IMG/VR virus record: IMGVR_UViG_3300042314_000891
Location: 1 to 64,000 of that record
DNA length: 64,000 nucleotides
Reading direction: 5' to 3' (one strand)
From: a virus
Lineage: Duplodnaviria; Caudoviricetes
In this document: in pieces, positions 1 to 10,565 of the stretch
Numbering within the stretch: the first letter of the stretch is position 1
Layout: each line of letters starts with the position of its first letter
Made by a program: the position numbers and the translations under genes
Notes under the pieces: model-generated
Database searches by the model: none
Seen by the model: the letters and a program-made list of their open reading frames with translations, nothing else
What the model was told of the DNA's origin: nothing

Positions 1-1
1 G

Positions 2-1495
2 TTATGTGAAGAAGAAAACTATAAAGTAAAGTTTCATTTTGTAGGAAATCAAGCTGGTAACTTCCAATTCTATTGGGGACCGTTGATGGAAAACAAACCT
101 GATAATTGTATAATATGGGGAGAGCAAAGTGATACTGAAAAGTTCTACAAAGGGGCTGATTTATTTTATTTTCCATCAAAGTGGGAACTAAACCCATTAG
201 CAGTTAAAGAAGCATTATCATATAGATTACCCCTTTTTCTTAAAAAACTACACACTTACGAAAATTACTACGATAGTATAGCAACATATATAAGTGATAA
301 TCAAAAAGTAAATTTACAAAATATAGTAAAAGAATTAAAACCAGAAAAAGTGATTTACAATAATTTAATTAAAAGACCAAATTTATTAAAACCTACATTT
401 GAGGTAAATTTTGTAGATGGTCCTTATTTAGATGTAAAATCACCAACAACCGATGAATATGAAGTTAAATTTATAAACAAAGATACAAATGGTTTAGAAT
501 TTACTACTAAATTAAAAGATGGCCATTGGGCAAAAGCTGGTAAAAAGTATTTTGTAAATTGGAAAATTGAAGTATATAAGGATAATATATTAGTTTATGA
601 GCACGATTATGATGCAACTGGTAAGCGAGTTTATATTGCATTAGAGTCTAAATCATTGGGTGATACATTAGCTTGGTTTCCAATAGCAGAAGAGTTCCGT
701 AAGAAATGGAATTGTGATGTAGTTGTATCTACATTTAGTAATCAGTTTTTTAAAGAACAATACCCGCAATTACAATTTATAGAGCCAGGTGAAACTGCAC
801 CTAATTTATATGCTATGTATCGTATAGGTTGGTTCTATAAAGATGATACATCCGCAGAATATGATAATGCAAAAGTTCCAACCGATTTCAAACAACATCC
901 TTTACAAAAAACGGCAACCGATATATTGGGATTAGAATACAAAGAGGTAAGACCTTTACTAAAACTAAACACAGAAATCAAACGTGAAAAGCAAATAGCA
1001 ATTGCAATACACGGAACTGCTCAATCAAAGTATTGGAACAACGATGGTGGGTGGCAAAAGGTAGTAGATTGGTTAAATAATAAAGGATATAAAGTTGTTC
1101 TTTTAAGTAGAGAGGGTGATGGGTATATGGGAAATAATCATCCAACTGGAATTACTCAACTACCAAACGGACCGATAGATAATGTAATAGAAGAACTACA
1201 AAAGAGTGAGGCATTCATAGGAATTGGTAGTGGATTGAGTTGGGTAAGTTGGGCTACCAAAACACCAACCATACTAATATCAGGATTCTCCGAAGGATTT
1301 GCAGAAACTGGATTAGATACATATAGAATAACTGCACCACAAACTAAATGTAGTGGTTGTTTTAACCGCTATCGTTTGGACGCTGGGGATTGGAATTGGT
1401 GTCCAGACCACAAAGGTACTGAAAGACAATTTGAATGTTCTAAATCAATAGAATACACAGAGGTAATTAAAATGTTGAAAAAGGTATTAGACTGA
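2..1495 (+). CDS. Glycosyltransferase fusion, 5'-truncated: GT4-type end plus TibC/AAH-like (autotransporter heptosyltransferase, GT9-like) domain
   Basis: Frame is open from base 2. ADLFYFPSKWELNPLAVKEA (GT4 end), SLGDTLAW, FIGIGSGLSWVSWA and C-terminal CSGCFN...WCPDHKGTERQFECSKSI Cys motif. Confidence 0.75.
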   Translation, partial: LCEEENYKVKFHFVGNQAGNFQFYWGPLMENKPDNCIIWGEQSDTEKFYKGADLFYFPSKWELNPLAVKEALSYRLPLFLKKLHTYENYYDSIATYISDNQKVNLQNIVKELKPEKVIYNNLIKRPNLLKPTFEVNFVDGPYLDVKSPTTDEYEVKFINKDTNGLEFTTKLKDGHWAKAGKKYFVNWKIEVYKDNILVYEHDYDATGKRVYIALESKSLGDTLAWFPIAEEFRKKWNCDVVVSTFSNQFFKEQYPQLQFIEPGETAPNLYAMYRIGWFYKDDTSAEYDNAKVPTDFKQHPLQKTATDILGLEYKEVRPLLKLNTEIKREKQIAIAIHGTAQSKYWNNDGGWQKVVDWLNNKGYKVVLLSREGDGYMGNNHPTGITQLPNGPIDNVIEELQKSEAFIGIGSGLSWVSWATKTPTILISGFSEGFAETGLDTYRITAPQTKCSGCFNRYRLDAGDWNWCPDHKGTERQFECSKSIEYTEVIKMLKKVLD

Positions 1496-1526
1496 TATTT
1501 ATATTAGTTGAATAATACTTTTATAT

Positions 1527-2897
1527 ATGCCTTTACCATCATCAGGTTCAAAAATATCATTAGGGGACATACGGACAGAAATGTCATTGACAGCTAGTTC
1601 GTTTTCATTAACTGCAGCTCAAAATGATGTATATAAGAATGTCAATCTAACCGGAGCACCGGATATAAACGATACATATCCAGTAACTATTGGTGAGTTT
1701 GGTGGATACAATGATACATCCGCATCTGCAAATTGTGGTAGATTATATGATGGGTTAGTGTTGGGTTATTGGTCTGTATTAGGACCAAATGTACCATTCA
1801 AAGCAAGAAGATTTCACGAAAAATGGTGGATGGTCCAACAACAACAGGGTGTTGGATATGCATCCGTAGCAGCTGCTTACTCATCAAGTGTAGATGCATT
1901 CTTACCACGTGGTGCTGAAATGATAATAAATGGAAATTTAGTATTATATAGTGCATCTTATGGTGAATTGTGTTCTTGTTTTGCATTTGTTTCATCTGCG
2001 TATGGTGGATTGGCTGGTCCTGATAGAACAACATTTCCAATACCTGAAGCATATTATTATCACGAAGATGCTCCAAACGATTTTTATACATATACATCTC
2101 AATATAATTTACCAGCAACTGGTTCTCTAACTACATTGGCAGCAGATGTTGCGGAGGTTAAATATTTAGGTGGGGTAACTGGTTCGTATTCATATTCAGT
2201 AGATTTAGGAACAACATTTGGTGCAGTTACACTTACTTATGATTCGGGTGAATTACCTGATAGATTTATAGTTCAATACTCTGGTTCTAATGTAATTGAT
2301 ACTGGATTTAGAGGTAGTACTATTCATAACAGAGCTCTAAAAAGACGTGGTAAAATAAATGGAATATCAGGTTCGGCAGCTGGAAGTGCAAGTTTTAATA
2401 AATTATCAACGGTAACTGGTTCAATAGTAATTGTTGAATCACCATTGGGTAATACAAACTTTGGATTTACATTGAGTTCTCCTGTACAATCCGCACAACA
2501 AACCGTTACATTTTACGCAAGAGTTAGTGGTAGTGTATCACCTACTAATACAAATCCTAAAATATTTTGGAATACGAATAATGATATATTTGCAACTACT
2601 ACATCTGGATATTTATCTGGTTCGGCTGTATCTTCATCTACTTATGTAAATATGGGAGTTGTAACTTTAACAACTGGTTCAACCATATCATACTTTGCAA
2701 CAAATAATGCTGGTACTAACATATCAGCGTGTTATACGCAAAATTGTACGGGTTCATTTATATGTGGCGCAGCTAATTCAATTGTTGGTTCTAATATAGA
2801 TGTACATGTAACAATCCCAATAGATAGTAGTGGTGCTTATGTTTCTTGCACCGAAGTATTTGGGCCTGGTATATACTATACATTAACAGGAGTTTAA
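1527..2897 (+). CDS. Virion/tail-associated protein
   Basis: S/T/G-rich; N-terminus LPSSGSKISLGDIRTE typical of phage fibre-associated proteins; C-terminal domain paralogous to the end of 5414..8203. Confidence 0.55.
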   Translation: MPLPSSGSKISLGDIRTEMSLTASSFSLTAAQNDVYKNVNLTGAPDINDTYPVTIGEFGGYNDTSASANCGRLYDGLVLGYWSVLGPNVPFKARRFHEKWWMVQQQQGVGYASVAAAYSSSVDAFLPRGAEMIINGNLVLYSASYGELCSCFAFVSSAYGGLAGPDRTTFPIPEAYYYHEDAPNDFYTYTSQYNLPATGSLTTLAADVAEVKYLGGVTGSYSYSVDLGTTFGAVTLTYDSGELPDRFIVQYSGSNVIDTGFRGSTIHNRALKRRGKINGISGSAAGSASFNKLSTVTGSIVIVESPLGNTNFGFTLSSPVQSAQQTVTFYARVSGSVSPTNTNPKIFWNTNNDIFATTTSGYLSGSAVSSSTYVNMGVVTLTTGSTISYFATNNAGTNISACYTQNCTGSFICGAANSIVGSNIDVHVTIPIDSSGAYVSCTEVFGPGIYYTLTGV

Positions 2898-2901
2898 TAT
2901 T

Positions 2902-5412
2902 ATGGGGTATTCATCGTACATTCAAGCAAAAGACAGGATTACTAATCCTAGATTAGATAATAGTGGCTCTATACTTTATGCTAGTGATAATTTTTTTACA
3001 TTGGGTACAACATTTTATACAGATGCATCTAAATCTGTGTTAGCACCTGCTGGTAATTATGTAATCCCCACACACTTTAAAACATACTACGCAACGTTGG
3101 GTTCTAATGGGAGATTTACAACACAACCATTAGAGTTAATGACGGGTAGTTTTGATACAAACTGGACAGATTGTACGGGATATAGTGGTTCAGCTAAAAT
3201 GGATTTAACTTGTTCTCGTTCCGATGGTAATGGTGGTTATTTTCAATGGTGTGGGATGAAATTATCATTATCACAATCCGCACAAGGTAGAATTTATGTA
3301 ACGGATGATTATTGGGATACAACATATGTAAGACCGGATGCAAATGGTGCATTTAAATCATTTGTAATAGAAAATGGAAAATTACATTCAGCAGGTGGTT
3401 CTGGTAATAATGCATTTGTATCTCGTTCATTAAAATCCATAGATATTACAGATATGAAGGGATATGACCTTCGTGTAATAAATGGTGAATACCATACTGG
3501 TAGTAATAGAAACGAAAATTTAAGTGGTACTCCAGATACATCACCCGGATATACATTAAATAGTATAGTTCAAGGTGTAATTCATTTAGCAGATGACCCA
3601 TATAGAGTAGTAACAACTGGGAGTTTAACTTATACATTTAAACCAGATTACTGGTATGCAAATGAAAACTATGAGGCATCAACCATTATAAGAAGAATGC
3701 CAAAAGTAAATCATATAAAAGATAAGTTTGGAAAGCAAAAATTATTTAGTGATATGTCACTACCTCTTGCCGATATAACACCATTAAGTAATGGAACACC
3801 CCCATATTCAAAAAATGTAGATTGGAGAATACAGACTTGGAAAAATCAAGGAATAACTGAAAAGCAAAGAGTTTCAACAAAAAAGATTATGGATTTGGAA
3901 CTCAATTGGTACACCGAACCTGATTTTGATGAAGCTAGTAGTGGTGTTGGAAAAATGGTTTTTGGTGGAGATTTTCCAATTAGAAACGCAATGCAAAGAG
4001 CAGTTCCTGGTATTCCATCTTGGCCAAATGGTATGGAAATACCGGCTATGATGATTTCATTATTTGTAGATAATTTTACTTGGGAAAACGGTAGTTATTC
4101 AGGATTTAGATATAATTATGTAAATCCATACCATTGGACTACTGAAATAAACTCTGGAACTGCTTATCAAAGCGAAGGACCTGCAAATCAACTATGTACT
4201 TATTTGGGAAAACCTGGTGGTTACGATGCAACATCTGCAAATTTATATTTAGCAGACCACATACAAGAAGATTTTGAGGTATATAATGGAACTAACGATT
4301 ATTATGTTGGGTATGCATTAAAGAGATGTTATGATAGTGTAGTTGCATATGGAATTGCAACTGGTCAAATACCAAATAAAGAACGTTTCCCAAAATGGTC
4401 TTATTATGGTGGTGGAATAGATAATAGAGGCAAATACGGAGCCGTAGGTGATGGTTGGTTTTATTTTTCTACTGGTTCAAATGTAAATGAAAATTATAAA
4501 TTATTTGAACGCTATGATAAATTTGTTACAAATGGGACTTGGACAATAGACCAAGCAGTTGGGGATTATGGGTTATGGCAAGGTTTTGGTGAATATGTTA
4601 AATATTGCTTTGTAACAAATTACTTTAACGATGCGGCTCCACAATGGTTTACATATTCTTTAGTTTACAATTATGATGTAGCAAGGAAAGTAATAGATAC
4701 AACCTATAATGAGGCAACGGCCTCAACCATGCAATGTGCTGGATATTTATGGAGAAGACATGAACCGGTAGCTGGCGCCGATTTAACATATGTAAGGAAT
4801 GGTACAAATTATGGGGGATATTTACCTGGTACTGGTGGGAATGCGGGTTCTAGGGCATATATAGCTCCATCCGTTTTTCAATCATACGCAGTCTGGTGTA
4901 TGGCTTATGCAGATGGTTTATTTATGTGGGATGGTGGTTCAATAGGACAAGATGAAGATAAAGATGCATTTAAATATTGGGCAAATTATTATGGTTGGAA
5001 TGGATTGGAAGATAGTAGTGTAACTGGTAATATCAACGCTATGTACGGGGATACTGGTGACCATGCTAATAGTCCTATGGATTGGTTATACATTGGTTAT
5101 TTCCAAGTATTACAACATAAAGATATTATAGAAGCAAATACGCCTTGGGTAAAACCAGAAGTTTATTGGAATGGTGAATGGAAAACCGGAAAGTATAATA
5201 ATCCAGTATATCTATATAATAGAGATGCTCCAATATCCGCATATAAATTATCCGCAGATGGAACGGAAGCTCTTCTTATAACTCAAAACGCTTGTAATAT
5301 TGGATACACTAAAACTGATTTTAGTTTAAGATTACCAACTAAAGCAAACAAAGAAATATTAGTAAGTACTTGGGGTAATTATACTTCGGTAATAAGAATT
5401 AAAGATTTATAA
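2902..5412 (+). CDS. Large virion protein, paralogue 1 of 3
   Basis: Shares LAPAGNYVIPT, F(K/R)PDY, VWxMxYADG and WGNYTSVIRI with the next two ORFs. Confidence 0.6.
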   Translation: MGYSSYIQAKDRITNPRLDNSGSILYASDNFFTLGTTFYTDASKSVLAPAGNYVIPTHFKTYYATLGSNGRFTTQPLELMTGSFDTNWTDCTGYSGSAKMDLTCSRSDGNGGYFQWCGMKLSLSQSAQGRIYVTDDYWDTTYVRPDANGAFKSFVIENGKLHSAGGSGNNAFVSRSLKSIDITDMKGYDLRVINGEYHTGSNRNENLSGTPDTSPGYTLNSIVQGVIHLADDPYRVVTTGSLTYTFKPDYWYANENYEASTIIRRMPKVNHIKDKFGKQKLFSDMSLPLADITPLSNGTPPYSKNVDWRIQTWKNQGITEKQRVSTKKIMDLELNWYTEPDFDEASSGVGKMVFGGDFPIRNAMQRAVPGIPSWPNGMEIPAMMISLFVDNFTWENGSYSGFRYNYVNPYHWTTEINSGTAYQSEGPANQLCTYLGKPGGYDATSANLYLADHIQEDFEVYNGTNDYYVGYALKRCYDSVVAYGIATGQIPNKERFPKWSYYGGGIDNRGKYGAVGDGWFYFSTGSNVNENYKLFERYDKFVTNGTWTIDQAVGDYGLWQGFGEYVKYCFVTNYFNDAAPQWFTYSLVYNYDVARKVIDTTYNEATASTMQCAGYLWRRHEPVAGADLTYVRNGTNYGGYLPGTGGNAGSRAYIAPSVFQSYAVWCMAYADGLFMWDGGSIGQDEDKDAFKYWANYYGWNGLEDSSVTGNINAMYGDTGDHANSPMDWLYIGYFQVLQHKDIIEANTPWVKPEVYWNGEWKTGKYNNPVYLYNRDAPISAYKLSADGTEALLITQNACNIGYTKTDFSLRLPTKANKEILVSTWGNYTSVIRIKDL

Positions 5413-5413
5413 A

Positions 5414-8203
5414 ATGGCATTCGCAAATATAACAGAAGCTAGAGCAAGATTGATAGACCCAACGCAAGAACATAGTTCATCCATATTATATGGTAGTGAT
5501 AATTTCTTTACGGTGGGAACTATCTTTTATACAAATGCATCCAAATCGGTTTTAGCACCAGCTGGGAATTATGTAATTCCAACTCATTACAAATCATATT
5601 ATGTAACATTAGGTTCAGATGGTAGAATGGTAACTCAACCATTGGAAGTAATGACCGGTAGTATGGATACAAGTTGGGTAGATGATACTATAAATAGTGG
5701 TGGTGTAAAGATAGCAAATTACCCTTGGAGTTATATAAATGGTGGTGGTACTGCAATGGTTTTAAATACCTCTAGTTTATTACTTACCGATACTATATGG
5801 CATACCCAACAACCAGAAGATGGTTCATATAAAGTATGGCAAGTTGATATGGGTATTTACAGGTCTTCTTCGTTAGAAAATATAAACCTTTCGGATATGA
5901 AAGGATACGAAGTAAAGATAACTTGTGGTAATTGGGTAACTAGTGGTAGAACTTGGAGAGGACAACCATCAGGTCCTGGTTTTAAAGACCGTACACAAAC
6001 AAGTGCAATTGTTCATTTAGCTGCTGACCCAAATCGTGTAGTAACAACTGGTAGTATAACTTATACATTTAGACCAGATTATTTTATACCATCTTACAAT
6101 TATGAGTATAGTTCATTTTTTAGAAGATTACCAGATACATTACCAATAATAGATAATTCAGGTTCAGTAAAAGAATTTATTGATATGGGTACTCCTTTGG
6201 GAGATTTAATATATAAAAGTCCTGGTTTGGGTTCTCAAAACAGAGTTAGACGTATATCGACTAGAAGAAAGAAATGTGTGACAACGCTAGTTCAAGCTGG
6301 ATTTGCACAATACCCATATGGAACGGAGTATGAAGAAACTTTTACAAACCCAGCCAATAGATTAGTATTTGATAATGATTTTTTTATTAGAGATTCCGTA
6401 GGATTTATCATAGGAAGAGCAATTGATTTACGAGAGGAAGATACTTGGAGATGTGCTGCAATGATGGAATCTTTGGTAGTTGATAATGCTACTTGGCAAG
6501 ATGGTTATAGTCCTCACGGTATTAAATATTCTACTATAAACCCATATCAATGGACTTGGGAAATTAATTCAGGTACAAACGGAGGAAACCATTCTCCCGC
6601 TAATAATTTATTGGGATTGTTTAACCAAAATGGTAATAGTTATATACGCGAATTTGATTTTGAATATTTTTCAGGAGCTGGTGCAGATAGTTATAATTGT
6701 GGATTGGCCTTTAAAAAATGTATAGATGCTTGTAAAGTTTACGCCCAAGCTAACAATTACTTTGCATATTCAGACCCAAATGGTTTTATTCCTAAATTAA
6801 GTAATTATGCCGGTGGCATATATGCACCCGGTTGGTACGGTGGTTGGGATGATGCAAATAACGCTAGTAACAACCAATCTCTTACTCAATTAAGAAATAA
6901 TACTCTATATTATGATTATAATAATTACTATACAAGTCAAAGTGTAGATTATACTGCGTTGGGAGCAAGGGTAACTGCATTTTATGCTGGCGCCGGAGAT
7001 GCTATAAATAGACATTATGTAACTAATTATCAAAATTTAGGAAAAGAAGCTTGGAGAGCATACGGATTGGTACATAGTTACGATGTTACTAAAAAACTGT
7101 TATTAGAGTTATTTGGTCCAACCGTTGCTGGTAATGCTAGAGCTATGGGTTATTTTTGGCAATTTCAAGAACCGATAGATGCTTCCGATTTTTATTTTGA
7201 AAGAATTTATACCGATTGGACTGGCGCTAATAATGGTTGGTATCGTCCTCAACCTGCACCATCTACTATACAATCGCAAGCGGTATGGTCTATGGCGTAC
7301 GCAGATGGAAGTTGGTGTTGGGAATCATATACACAAGGAGAAGAACCTGAATCTATAAATTATTGGCAAAACTATTTTGGATACGATGGTACTGAAAATC
7401 AAGTATTTTACAAAACAATTGGTGCATATGGTGAAACTCGTTCTCGTAGTAATGGGAGTTGGGATTGGTACTATATTGGATATTGGCAAGTATTACAACA
7501 TAAAGATATAATAGCGGCAAGTACGGTTTGGGAAAAAGCCGAAACTTATTGGAATAGTGAGTGGTTGACTGGTGAAAAGAATTATCCTGTATTTTTATAT
7601 TATTTAAGAGCACCAATAGTTAAATATAAATTATCAGATGATGGTTCGGAAGCATTGATGTTAGTTATAAGTCCGTATAATAATGGATATACAAAAGAAA
7701 CACATAGAGTAAGATTACCAACAGAGGATAATAAAGAATATTTAGTAGATACTTGGGGTAATTATACATCGGTAATACGAATTAGAAATATATCAGCTCC
7801 AAACCAACGAACTTTAACATTCTTTGCAAGAGTTAGTGGTAGTGTATCTCCGGAATATAATAATTCTAAAATATATTGGAGCTCAAATGATATTTACGCA
7901 GATATAACATCAAGTTATATGACCGGTTCATCTGTATCTAGCTCAACTTATGTAAATATGGGTTCAATGAAAATAACATCGGGCTCAACTATTTCATATT
8001 ATCCTACCGATGTAACGGGTAGTAATTTATCAGCAAGATATGGTGAAACTAATACTGGTTCATTTGGATGTAGTCCATATACACAATCTATAAGTGATAA
8101 TACAAACATATACGTTACGATTCAGTTGAATGCAAGTGGTAGTTATGTTAATTGCACAACGGGTATATATGGTTCGGGAGTTTATTATACACTAATTGGA
8201 TAA
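5414..8203 (+). CDS. Large virion protein, paralogue 2 of 3, with extra C-terminal domain
   Basis: Same motifs, plus C-terminal TFFARVSGSVSP...GVYYTLIG domain. Confidence 0.6.
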   Translation: MAFANITEARARLIDPTQEHSSSILYGSDNFFTVGTIFYTNASKSVLAPAGNYVIPTHYKSYYVTLGSDGRMVTQPLEVMTGSMDTSWVDDTINSGGVKIANYPWSYINGGGTAMVLNTSSLLLTDTIWHTQQPEDGSYKVWQVDMGIYRSSSLENINLSDMKGYEVKITCGNWVTSGRTWRGQPSGPGFKDRTQTSAIVHLAADPNRVVTTGSITYTFRPDYFIPSYNYEYSSFFRRLPDTLPIIDNSGSVKEFIDMGTPLGDLIYKSPGLGSQNRVRRISTRRKKCVTTLVQAGFAQYPYGTEYEETFTNPANRLVFDNDFFIRDSVGFIIGRAIDLREEDTWRCAAMMESLVVDNATWQDGYSPHGIKYSTINPYQWTWEINSGTNGGNHSPANNLLGLFNQNGNSYIREFDFEYFSGAGADSYNCGLAFKKCIDACKVYAQANNYFAYSDPNGFIPKLSNYAGGIYAPGWYGGWDDANNASNNQSLTQLRNNTLYYDYNNYYTSQSVDYTALGARVTAFYAGAGDAINRHYVTNYQNLGKEAWRAYGLVHSYDVTKKLLLELFGPTVAGNARAMGYFWQFQEPIDASDFYFERIYTDWTGANNGWYRPQPAPSTIQSQAVWSMAYADGSWCWESYTQGEEPESINYWQNYFGYDGTENQVFYKTIGAYGETRSRSNGSWDWYYIGYWQVLQHKDIIAASTVWEKAETYWNSEWLTGEKNYPVFLYYLRAPIVKYKLSDDGSEALMLVISPYNNGYTKETHRVRLPTEDNKEYLVDTWGNYTSVIRIRNISAPNQRTLTFFARVSGSVSPEYNNSKIYWSSNDIYADITSSYMTGSSVSSSTYVNMGSMKITSGSTISYYPTDVTGSNLSARYGETNTGSFGCSPYTQSISDNTNIYVTIQLNASGSYVNCTTGIYGSGVYYTLIG

Positions 8204-8219
8204 TAATTAAAATAAAATT

Positions 8220-10511
8220 ATGGCATACTCATCATTAAGTGACGCAAGAGCAAAACTAATAAATCCAAGAGCAGAAAACGCATCTATTAAATTATATGCA
8301 AGTAATACATCTTTGGATTTAAATACAATATTCTATACAAACGAAGCAAAAACTACACTAGCCCCCGCCGGTAACTATGTGATACCTACCAACTATTTAA
8401 GTTATTATATTACAATCGGAAATGATGGTAAAATGACAGGTGAACCACAAGAACTAATGCAGGGTACAGATGCAAGTTGGGTAGAGGATAGATTAAAAGA
8501 TGGTGATAATTTAATAGCAAATACTTCAAGTGTAGGTGGAACATCTTTATCTTTAAGTGGCTCATTACTAACAGATGCAGTTTGGGAATCAAGACAATAC
8601 AACAATCCCAAAGCGTGGATTATAGATGTTGGTACAATTTATTCATCATCTATTACAAATATTGACTTATCCGCAATGAAAGGTTATGATTTACGTTTAG
8701 TTACTGGTCAGTATGCTAACAATGCATTTGTTGGGGGAGATGATGGTATAAATACTACAACTGCAATTATACATTTGGCACCAGATGTAGATAGACAAGA
8801 TATAGTTGGAAATAAAACTTATTTTTTTAGACCAGATTATTGGATACCCAACATAACACATAATGAACCGTCTTATTTTAGAAGAATGCCGGATATTACT
8901 CCTATACAAAATGAAAAGGGAGCAGATAAAAAATGGGTAGATATGGCCGTACCTTTGATGGATATATTATATACAGGTTCCCACGCGGTAAGAACATCCA
9001 CACGATTAAATAAAGGTATATCTGAATCAACAGATATAAATACGCAATGGGGATATAATCAACAAATTCCCAAAGATAAAAGATTACATTTTGATGGTGA
9101 TTTAATCTTTAGAGGTGCAGTAGCATACGCTTGGGGTGTTGACTTTGCTACTGTGGATTTAAGTGAAATGTGGCAACACAGAACAACTGCACTATTATTG
9201 GCACATGGTGTATCGGAGGCAAGTCGTAGTAGTTGGACCTATAATGGTGGAGGTTTTACTTATACATACGCACAAGCAAACCCATATCAATGGACAACTG
9301 CATGGGGGAGTGGAACAGAGGGTGAAGGTTTGACGGGTAGAATGTTAGGATATTTTGTGGAAAGTGTTCCATTTAACGCTATACATTTTGAGTACGATTT
9401 TGAACACCTATCACCCGCATTATTTATCGAAGAGGCGGGGGCTGTTTGGAATGAATGTTTTAATAATGCTTTAGCAAAGGCTCAAGCTTTAAAAAATGAT
9501 AATACACCTTTATATATTGATTGGGTAACTCCTCAATTTTCAAATTATGGAAATGGTATTTATCAATCACGTTACACAGGTGCTGCTGGTTTTGGTTGGG
9601 AATCAATGGAACCAGGTAATTCTATTACATCTACTAGATTATATTCGGATTATCACGACTATTATATAAATGATACAATTACATATTCCCAAACGGGTTT
9701 ATACTATCCTTGGTTTAAGGGTGCATTGGAAAATTATAAGTATCACTATGTTACTAATTACCAATTCAGAATGGAATCTGCATTTCACGTGTATTCAATC
9801 GTACATAATACCGATATTACTAAAAAAATGTTAGATGAAATATTGGGACCTAGTCATGATAGATTAGCAGTTTCTTATTTTTGGTATAAGCAAGAACCAA
9901 TAGAAGGTTCTGATTTTGGAATGGCAAGAAAAGAAGTAAATATAAATAAATCACTACGATTTACAGACCGTAACCGATTAGAAGCTTGCCCATCATTAAT
10001 GTATGCTATGGGAGTATGGTCTATGTGTTATGCGGATGGTTTATTTATGTGGTATCAATCCGTTGTTGGTGAAGAAATTGGTACTGCTCGTTTGGATAGA
10101 GAAAACTCATCATTAAGTGATGATACGTTTGATGCAAAGTGGGGTGATACCACTTGGTTGGGTAAGAGTTCTTTGGATTGGGCATATGTGGGATACTTAC
10201 ACGCTAAACAAAATGAAGATATTATATCTGCAAATACTGAATGGTTAGTTCCTGATTTATCTATTGGTGGTGGTTCTTGGACTAGCGGTACACAAAACTA
10301 CCCAGTATCACTTTACAATAACGCTAGACCAATATGTAGATACAAATTATCAACGGATGGTACTGAAGCATTAGTATTGATATTTAACGGATTTAATAAT
10401 GGATACACAAAGGATACGTTTACTTTCCGTTTACCAACTAAATCAAATTACGAATTTACGGCAGATGTTTGGGGAAATTATACATCGGTGATAAGAATTA
10501 AAAATCTATAA
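8220..10511 (+). CDS. Large virion protein, paralogue 3 of 3
   Basis: Same conserved motifs as 2902 and 5414. Confidence 0.6.
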   Translation: MAYSSLSDARAKLINPRAENASIKLYASNTSLDLNTIFYTNEAKTTLAPAGNYVIPTNYLSYYITIGNDGKMTGEPQELMQGTDASWVEDRLKDGDNLIANTSSVGGTSLSLSGSLLTDAVWESRQYNNPKAWIIDVGTIYSSSITNIDLSAMKGYDLRLVTGQYANNAFVGGDDGINTTTAIIHLAPDVDRQDIVGNKTYFFRPDYWIPNITHNEPSYFRRMPDITPIQNEKGADKKWVDMAVPLMDILYTGSHAVRTSTRLNKGISESTDINTQWGYNQQIPKDKRLHFDGDLIFRGAVAYAWGVDFATVDLSEMWQHRTTALLLAHGVSEASRSSWTYNGGGFTYTYAQANPYQWTTAWGSGTEGEGLTGRMLGYFVESVPFNAIHFEYDFEHLSPALFIEEAGAVWNECFNNALAKAQALKNDNTPLYIDWVTPQFSNYGNGIYQSRYTGAAGFGWESMEPGNSITSTRLYSDYHDYYINDTITYSQTGLYYPWFKGALENYKYHYVTNYQFRMESAFHVYSIVHNTDITKKMLDEILGPSHDRLAVSYFWYKQEPIEGSDFGMARKEVNINKSLRFTDRNRLEACPSLMYAMGVWSMCYADGLFMWYQSVVGEEIGTARLDRENSSLSDDTFDAKWGDTTWLGKSSLDWAYVGYLHAKQNEDIISANTEWLVPDLSIGGGSWTSGTQNYPVSLYNNARPICRYKLSTDGTEALVLIFNGFNNGYTKDTFTFRLPTKSNYEFTADVWGNYTSVIRIKNL

Positions 10512-10565
10512 ATGGTATATTTATAGGATGTATAGATATTTATATAAGAAAGAAATACAGATATA

